Made by a program: the position numbers and the translations under genes
In this document: positions 57,533 through 64,000 of the stretch, in pieces
Layout: each line of letters starts with the position of its first letter
Numbering within the stretch: the first letter of the stretch is position 1
Notes under the pieces: generated by a model
The model's input: the letters and a program-made list of their open reading frames with translations, nothing else
What the model was told of the DNA's origin: nothing
The model's database searches: none
Assembly: GCA_963833055.1 (NCBI GenBank)
Contig: CAWHWM010000004.1
Coordinates: 253,460 to 317,459, forward strand
Length of the DNA stretch: 64,000 nt
Direction: 5' to 3'
DNA from: Candidatus Dormiibacterota bacterium
Lineage (GTDB): Bacteria; Chloroflexota; Dormibacteria; Aeolococcales; Aeolococcaceae

Positions 57533-59699
57533 CTACCCCCGAGTTGCCTCCGGCCCCGGCGTGGCCTGCACCTTGAAGTACGCCCAGAACAGCACTGAGG
57601 CGGCCCCGAACGCAACAAAGAGCGCAACCGTCGTCCAGAACGGCTCGGTGTGCCGGGCGGCCGCGCTGGTCTGGGGCCGGATCATCACCTCCACAACCGC
57701 AAGGCAGGCGATGCCGAACAGCGCCGCCCAGACCCCCCGATGCCAGCGCACCACGCGCTCCCCCGGGAGGAACCGGAGCGGGACCAAGCCGATGACGAGC
57801 CCGACCATCCCGCTCAGGAAGAGCGCCGCGAGAAAGTTCTCGAAGAGCGCGAGCCCGAAGCTGGCGGGATCCGCCGACGCGGCGCTCGAGACCGGTACCC
57901 ACACGAGCCAGGCCACGATGCTGACGATCAGCGTGCCGAGTGACGCGATGGCCACCTCGTGGCCCTCCTCGCGGCTGTTGAGATGCCCGGTGAACACCAC
58001 GCCGCCAATCAGCCCGTAGAGGTAGCCGGGCTGGAAGTCCGTGATTCGCGAGATCAGGACGCACACCACGGCGACGAGCAGGGCGCTCGGCAGCGCACGG
58101 AGTCTCCAGTGCCCGACATGGTGGCGAGCACGCCGGTACGCGCCGCTCGCGAGCGCGCTGACGGCAACTCCCGCGACAAGCGCCAGCACGGCGCCGACGA
58201 AGAGCGCGAGCGACCGGACATTGATGCCGAAGCCGGGGTCGAGCATCGCCGCGAGCACGCCGCCGGCGAGCACGACGATCACGAAGCTGAGGGCACCTCG
58301 CATCGACACGGTGAGCCCGCGACTGCGCCGGCGAAGCCGGGTGGTCCAGCCGAGCCGTCGCTCCCACCATCCGCGAATGCGCTGGTGGTTCTCCTCATAC
58401 GTCCGGTTGAAGAGTTGCGACGGGAAGGTGATCAGCAGGATCAGGCCCACCGTGATCAGGGCGTTGACGAGTGCGCTGAGCGGTGCACCGACAAGTGCGG
58501 CCGGCGACGCCAGCGAACCGCCGACGGTCGAGAGGATCGAGGCCGCCGGCGCGGGCGGCGGTTGCCCGATGTGACCGAGGGTCAGCAGTGCGGGCACGTT
58601 GCTTTAGGCCGCCCGCCGCGATGCAGAGCTCGTGGGCCGGTGTGCACGCGAGGGCGTTGATCTCGGTCGGCACGTTCTGCATCTGGTTGAACGTCGCGCC
58701 GTTGTTCGTCGTCGTGGCGATCACCGAAAAACGCCTTGCCCTGGGCGTCGAGGAGGCACGTCTCGCCCTGACATGCGATCTGCCAGCCGAACGGGTATTT
58801 CAGCGATGCGGTCGAGACTGTCCAGGACGCGCCGCCGTCGGTGGTGTGCATTGCGACCCCTGGGCAGGCGGTGACGAACTGGCCACCGCACTGATCGCCG
58901 CCGACCTCCCAGCCGTCTTCGGGCGTCTGGAACTCGATGTCGACCATCAGGCTGTAGTAGACGCTGCCGATCGTGCTGTGCTGATCCGGTGGCCCAGACG
59001 GTGGTGAGATGTCCCGCCAGCTCGCACCCAGATTCGCGGTGAACCAGGCGCCGGGACCGGACGCGAAGCAATGCCGCGTGTCCAGGCAGCGGACTGTTGC
59101 CAGGTCGTTCGGACGCCGCTCCGTGTGCCGTCCAGGTCGCCCCGCCATCGCGGGTGGTGAGGACGGTGCTCGTCACCCGCGACGGGCTGTTGCTCCCGAC
59201 GGCGATGCACGTGTTCACATGCGCCGCAGCCGATCGAGGTCACGATCTGATCGGCCGGGACCGAACCCACCGTCCACCGGGCCCCTGCGTCGTGTGTGGC
59301 CAGGAGCGTGGTGTCCCCCGTGTAATCGGTCCCGCCGACGTAGCAGACGGATGCTGCCGGGCACGAGATCGAGAAATCGGTGAGCCCGGTCGTCGATGGA
59401 AGCGTCGTGGTGGCCCATGTGCGACCGTCGTTGTCCGTCGTCGTGATGACACCGCCACCGGCATTTCCGCCAACGACATAACAACGAATGTCGCTCGGGC
59501 AGGTCGCGTCGTCGTAGGTCGTCCCAGCCGGCAGGTCGGCCGTTGGAACAGCCACAAAGTGCTCCGTCACGAGGCTGCCCAGCGCGGATGCGTCCACAGT
59601 CACCGCCGCAAACCCAGTCGCGATCAGCGCCACGACCGCGGACGCGAGGACACGTGCCGTCCGTCGCCCCTTCGCGTTGCTCCCGAACGCTGACCCCAT
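57533..59699 (-). CDS. Probable single gene: signal peptide, about seven Cys/BNR-like propeller repeats, then an FGLLP-motif membrane domain; four apparent +1 frameshifts
   Basis: Repeats C-x4-5-C...T-x-D-x-G-x-x-W run through ORFs 58947-59714, 58721-59218, 58582-59148 and 58395-58724. Removing one A from CCTAAAG (about 58605) joins them to 57533-58597 (GYLYG, GLVPLRFLPG). Confidence 0.65.
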
Positions 59700-59781
59700 C
59701 CGCAGTACTCCCAACCTGTCGGAGATCGCGGATCGTACTCGGGAACCCAGCCCTTCGGGGAACGCTTGCTAGAGTGGATTG

Positions 59782-60471
59782 GTGACCGCGGCCGAGCTTC
59801 CCGTCGGCGAGCGCAAGGCGCAGGCCGTCGAGGAGATGTTCGACCGCATCGCGCCTCGCTACGAGCTCGTCAACCGCGTGATGACCCTCGGGCTCGACGC
59901 CGGCTGGCGTCGGCGCGCAGTGCGCGAGCTCCGTCTGGAGCCCGGCGCGCGCGTGGTCGATCTCGGCTGCGGCACAGGCGACCTCTGCAGGGGCCTCGGA
60001 CGCGGCGGTCTTCGCGCAGTCGGCGTCGACATGGCTGCAGGCATGCTCGCCAAGGCCCACACGTCGGCCCCGCTGGTCCGGGCGGACGCGCTGCAACTCC
60101 CCCTGGCGGACGCCTCGGTTGACGGCGCGATCAGCGGGTTCGCGCTGCGCAACGTCGTGGACATCGCCGCTTGCTTCCACGAGGCCGCGCGAGTGATCCG
60201 TCCAGGCGGCCGGGCCGTCTTCCTTGAAGTGTCGGAACCTCCGAACCCGATCGTGCGACTCGTGCACGCCGTGTACTTCCGCCGGATCGTGCCGATGGTG
60301 GGTGGGCTGCTCTCCGACCGGAATGCGTACCGGTATCTGCCGGCGTCCACCGCATATCTGCCGCCGCCGCCCGAGCTGCTTCGGTTGCTGACCGAGGCCG
60401 GGTTCACCCGCTGCCGGAGGGTGCAGCTCGGGTTTGGCGCTGCTCAGCTGCTCATCGGGACCCGGCGATGA
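59782..60471 (+). CDS. menG: Demethylmenaquinone methyltransferase
   Basis: MFDRIAPRYE, VDLGCGTGD, FALRNV, RPGGR, YRYLPAS. Confidence 0.93.
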   Translation: MTAAELPVGERKAQAVEEMFDRIAPRYELVNRVMTLGLDAGWRRRAVRELRLEPGARVVDLGCGTGDLCRGLGRGGLRAVGVDMAAGMLAKAHTSAPLVRADALQLPLADASVDGAISGFALRNVVDIAACFHEAARVIRPGGRAVFLEVSEPPNPIVRLVHAVYFRRIVPMVGGLLSDRNAYRYLPASTAYLPPPPELLRLLTEAGFTRCRRVQLGFGAAQLLIGTRR

Positions 60472-61646
60472 GCGCCGTGCAACCGGCGCAAACGGCGGCG
60501 GTGGCCCACGACGATCTCTTCGACGCGTACCGCGCGGGCGACGGTGTCGTCCTCCAGTTCGGGCCGCATGGGCTGGCCACCGCCGGTTCCTCGCAGGCGA
60601 TCGACATCGCGGCAGGCCCGGACCACGTGCGTCGCGCCGCAGCGCTTGTTCAGTCAGCGCTCGATCGCACGGCGGGCCATGGCGTCGCCATGGGCGCGCT
60701 GCCGTACGACGGCAGTTGCGGCGCGGTGATCCGCCTGCCGGAGCGTGTCGTCCGGGGATCGTCCCGTCACCGGGAAGTCGCTCCGCAGCCGGACTGGGTG
60801 ATCAGAGCGCTCGTTCCCGATCCGCTGCCTGTCGAGTACGAGGCCGCTGTGGAGCGCGCTCTCGAGGCGATCGACGCAGGTGCGGTCGACAAGGTGGTGC
60901 TCGCGCGCACCCTGCTGGTGCAAGCGGATCGTCCGATCGACGCGCGTCTCGTCGCGCGACGCCTCAACGCCGGGGAACCCGGAGCATTCGTGTACCTCGT
61001 CGCGCTTCCGGGTGGCGCATCCACCCTGGTCGGCGCGTCACCGGAGCTCGTCGTCCGTCGCCGCGGCACGAAGGTGTTCAGCGATCCGCTCGCCGGGACC
61101 GCGCGGCGATCGCGGGATCGGACTCGTGATCGCGAGATCGCGCAGCAACTGCTCGATGCGGTCAAGGAGCAACGCGAGCACCGCCTGGTTGCCGAGGCGG
61201 TGGCCGACGGCCTGGCGCCGTTCTGTTCGAAGCTCGTGGTCGACAGCGAAGCCGGTCTGACGTCGACCGCGACGCTCTGGCATCTCCACACCGCTATCAA
61301 AGGGACGCTCAAACCCGACGCGCCTGACGCGCTGACCATCGCTGCCGCGCTCCATCCCACGCCGGCGGTGTGCGGGACGCCGCAGCCGGCAGCCGCCGGA
61401 CTGATCAGCCGCCTCGAGCCGTTCGACAGACGGTTCTTTGCCGGGCTCGTGGGCTGGGTCGACGCGCTCGGTGACGGGGAATGGGCGTTGACCCTCCGCT
61501 GCGCCGAAGTATCAGGTGCAACGGCTCGCCTCCACGCCGGCGCGGGGATCGTGGCAGGATCCGAGCCCGCGCTCGAGGATCTGGAGACCGAGGCGAAATT
61601 CGGAGTGGGCCTGCGAGCCCTCGGGGTCGAACCGGGTCAGGTCTGA
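60468..61646 (+). CDS. menF: Isochorismate synthase
   Basis: [42 protein letters not shown]. Confidence 0.9.
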   Translation: MSAVQPAQTAAVAHDDLFDAYRAGDGVVLQFGPHGLATAGSSQAIDIAAGPDHVRRAAALVQSALDRTAGHGVAMGALPYDGSCGAVIRLPERVVRGSSRHREVAPQPDWVIRALVPDPLPVEYEAAVERALEAIDAGAVDKVVLARTLLVQADRPIDARLVARRLNAGEPGAFVYLVALPGGASTLVGASPELVVRRRGTKVFSDPLAGTARRSRDRTRDREIAQQLLDAVKEQREHRLVAEAVADGLAPFCSKLVVDSEAGLTSTATLWHLHTAIKGTLKPDAPDALTIAAALHPTPAVCGTPQPAAAGLISRLEPFDRRFFAGLVGWVDALGDGEWALTLRCAEVSGATARLHAGAGIVAGSEPALEDLETEAKFGVGLRALGVEPGQV

Positions 61647-61647
61647 G

Positions 61648-63357
61648 CTAGAGGGCGAGCGCGGCCGAGACCGTGCGCGACACCTCTCGCGCGCAACTCG
61701 ACGGCGCGCTGCCGTTGTACGCGAACCCGGACGAGCTGCACGCCTCCCGTCGCCGCCGCCTCGTTGATCGCCGGCACGAGGACTCGAGCGCTGTCAACGG
61801 TGCGGACGCCGGCGCCGGCAGCACGCGCGATCGCCTCGAGATCCAGCCCATGCGGCGTGCCGAAGAGCAGCTCGAACTCCTCGCGCGGCAGTGACGCCTG
61901 GGGCAGCATCGAGAAGATGCCACCGCCGTCGTTGTCGATGACGACGATGACGGCGTTCCTGCAACGCCGCGCTCCCCAGAGCAGGCCCGATGCGTCGTGG
62001 AGCATCGACAGGTCGCCGAGCAACGCATACGTGGACTCCGTTGACTGCGGCGATGCCGAACACGGTCGACACCAGCCCGTCGATGCCGCTCGCGCCACGA
62101 TTGGCCATAACTCGCAGGCCGTCGCGAGGGCGCATGTACGCGTCGACGTCGCGGATCGGCATGCTCGACCCGGCGAAAAGCACACCGCCGTCCGGGATCG
62201 CCGCAGCGAGATCTCGCGCGATCCGTCCCTCGAACGGCTCGTCCCATGAGTCGAGCAGTGCGTCGACCGCATTGCGAACAGCGCGATCGGCGTCATGCCA
62301 TTCGTCCGCCCATTGCGGTCGCGTCGCGGGCAGGGAGGATGCGGCGGCAAGCAGTGCGGCTGCGACTTCCGGACGGATCCTTGTCGATGGTGAGAGTCGC
62401 GCGACGGTCGGGGTCGGCCACAAGGTGATCCGGGTCGACGATGAGCAGCCGGTCGGCGCTGCGTACCAACTCCTGCACACCCCGTGATGTCGGTGCCGCA
62501 CCGAATTGGATGACCAGATCCGGGTGATACCGCTCCCGGAAGCCGGCGTCGGCGGCAAGCAGCGTCCCCGCCGACAACGAGCCACCGCGGAGACCCGATA
62601 ACGGCTCTGCGAGGAGTGGCCAGCCGCGTTCGGCGCACGCCTCGATAAGTTCATCTGGCGGAATGCGCAGCCGTCCGGCGACCACGACCACCCTGTGGCC
62701 CGTGCTCACCTCGCGCAGAAATGCGGGCATGTGATCGGGAAGCGAGTGGCTGACTGTCTGTTTCGTTGTACTTGATCGGTGGCGCGTCCAGTTGCTGCCC
62801 ACTCGGCATCAGCGGTTCGCGAAATGGCAGATTCAGATGGACCGGCCCAGGCGGATGGAACCGGACAGCCTGGTGGATCGCCGTCTGCCCTGCTCCGAAC
62901 CAGCGGTGACGCTCATGAGGTGCAGCAACAGGGCACGCCCATGTCGTGGAACCACTTGACGAATCCGCCGAAAAGATTCTGCTGGTCGATTGTCTGATTG
63001 GCGCCGACACGCTGCAGTTCAGGAGGCCGGTCTGCGGTCATGACAATGATCGGAATACGTGACAAGGAGGCTTCCACCACTGCCGGGAGGTGATTGGCGG
63101 CCGCCGTCCCGGAGGTGCAGAACATTCCCACCGGCTGACCGGTCGCAGCCGCGATACCGAGCCCGAAGAATGCGGACGACCGCTCATCAACGTGAACGTG
63201 CAGCGTGATTGCCGGATGCCGCGCGGCAGCAAGGGCGATCGGTGTGGATCTGGAACCAGGCGTCATGCATATATGCCGTCACACCGCCGCCGACCAGAGC
63301 GTCGAGCAACGTGGTGACATATGCAAGCGCGACGTCGCCTTCGGTGGGCTCGGTCAT
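61648..63357 (-). CDS. menD: SEPHCHC synthase MenD, five apparent +1 frameshifts
   Basis: [64 protein letters not shown], read across frames. Confidence 0.92.
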
Positions 63358-64000
63358 ACCGCGGCGAGAAGGTGCTCGTCGACAAGGGGTCGGCACGGCG
63401 TCAGCCAGCCATCGACCGGGATGAGCGGCTGCGCGACAACGTCCGATTCGAGCAGCAACGCCGTACCGGCGCCGTGCGCATATGGACTGTCTGGTAACGA
63501 CGCCGCGAGCGCAACGACGGCAGCGAGCCCGACGGACGTTTCCAGGGCGCTGGAGGCGATCGCGGGAACTCCCGCGGCGTCGGCGGCACGGAGCGCCTCG
63601 CGCACGCCGCCGATTCGTTGCGGCTTGATCACGATCGCGTCAGCTGCATCGAGCTCTCGGAGACGGCGTGCGTCGGCGGTTGTCCTGATGGAGGACTCCG
63701 CCGCAACGGGCATCGCAATCCGCCGGCGCACGGCCGCGAGTTCCTCCAGGGACGTCACCGGATCCTCGACGAGCTCGATGTCGTATGAGGAGAGTCGAGC
63801 AAGCATGAGCACGGCCGTCTCGCTGTCCCACGCACCATTTGCGTCAAGACGAATCTTGACGTTCGGTCCGCATGCCGAGCGCACGGCCGCCACGCGGTTG
63901 AGCGATTGCTCGTCGCCGACCTTCACCTTGACGGTGGCGCAGCCGGAACTCAGCGCAAGCGCTGCGGCGACATCGGGCGCCAGACGCGGGACCATCGCAT
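63354..64000 (-). CDS. menC: o-Succinylbenzoate synthase, 5' end outside the window
   Basis: KVKVG, RLDAN, VEDP, AESS, IKP, SSALET; ATGA overlap with menD. Confidence 0.88.
   Translation of the reverse strand, partial: AMVPRLAPDVAAALALSSGCATVKVKVGDEQSLNRVAAVRSACGPNVKIRLDANGAWDSETAVLMLARLSSYDIELVEDPVTSLEELAAVRRRIAMPVAAESSIRTTADARRLRELDAADAIVIKPQRIGGVREALRAADAAGVPAIASSALETSVGLAAVVALAASLPDSPYAHGAGTALLLESDVVAQPLIPVDGWLTPCRPLVDEHLLAAV

Noticed and set aside
61648-63357. Pseudogene decay or programmed frameshifting in menD and other split genes
   Set aside because: No nonsense mutations or truncations, motifs intact, no slippery heptamers, and a strong +1 bias that fits read errors; not provable without reads.
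1-64000. CRISPR arrays, IS elements, integrases, rRNA/tRNA genes, defence systems
   Set aside because: No periodic repeat-spacer pattern, transposase or recombinase motif, or cloverleaf found by eye; a covariance-model scan was not possible.

Overview
High-GC bacterial chromosomal segment (roughly two-thirds G+C by eye). Gene content and promoter style fit a soil monoderm such as Ca. Dormibacterota, Chloroflexota or Actinomycetota, but the lineage cannot be fixed from this window alone. About 60 genes are readable and none is a transposase, integrase, CRISPR array, rRNA or tRNA. From left to right: a 5'-truncated SMARCAL1-like SNF2 helicase; a TetR-controlled detox-type operon; several GT-C membrane glycosyltransferases; a three-gene split cytochrome b6-like module with no Rieske or cytochrome c gene; ADH, S9 peptidase and an EamA transporter; two divergent paralogous EAL-GAF-GGDEF genes flanking an unannotated 44-aa secreted peptide gene; ABC and MMPL transporters; two ECF sigma/anti-sigma pairs; a Cys-rich secreted protein; a Tat amine oxidase; a CGNR/ABATE regulator with a clear promoter and candidate operator; peptidoglycan hydrolases; YcaQ, MetE-like, AzlCD and Usp genes; a CDF / ~205-bp palindrome / Nur / NiCoT metal locus; an FtsX-type ABC pair; a probable beta-propeller-FGLLP fusion gene; and menaquinone genes menG, menF, menD and menC. 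About 26 single-base frameshifts, mostly +1 insertions and five of them in menD, interrupt otherwise intact genes and look like long-read errors, several at GAGTC. Best candidates for undescribed biology: the c-di-GMP enzyme pair with its secreted micropeptide, the Rieske-less b6-type module with its own micropeptide, the long intergenic palindrome, and the propeller-FGLLP fusion.
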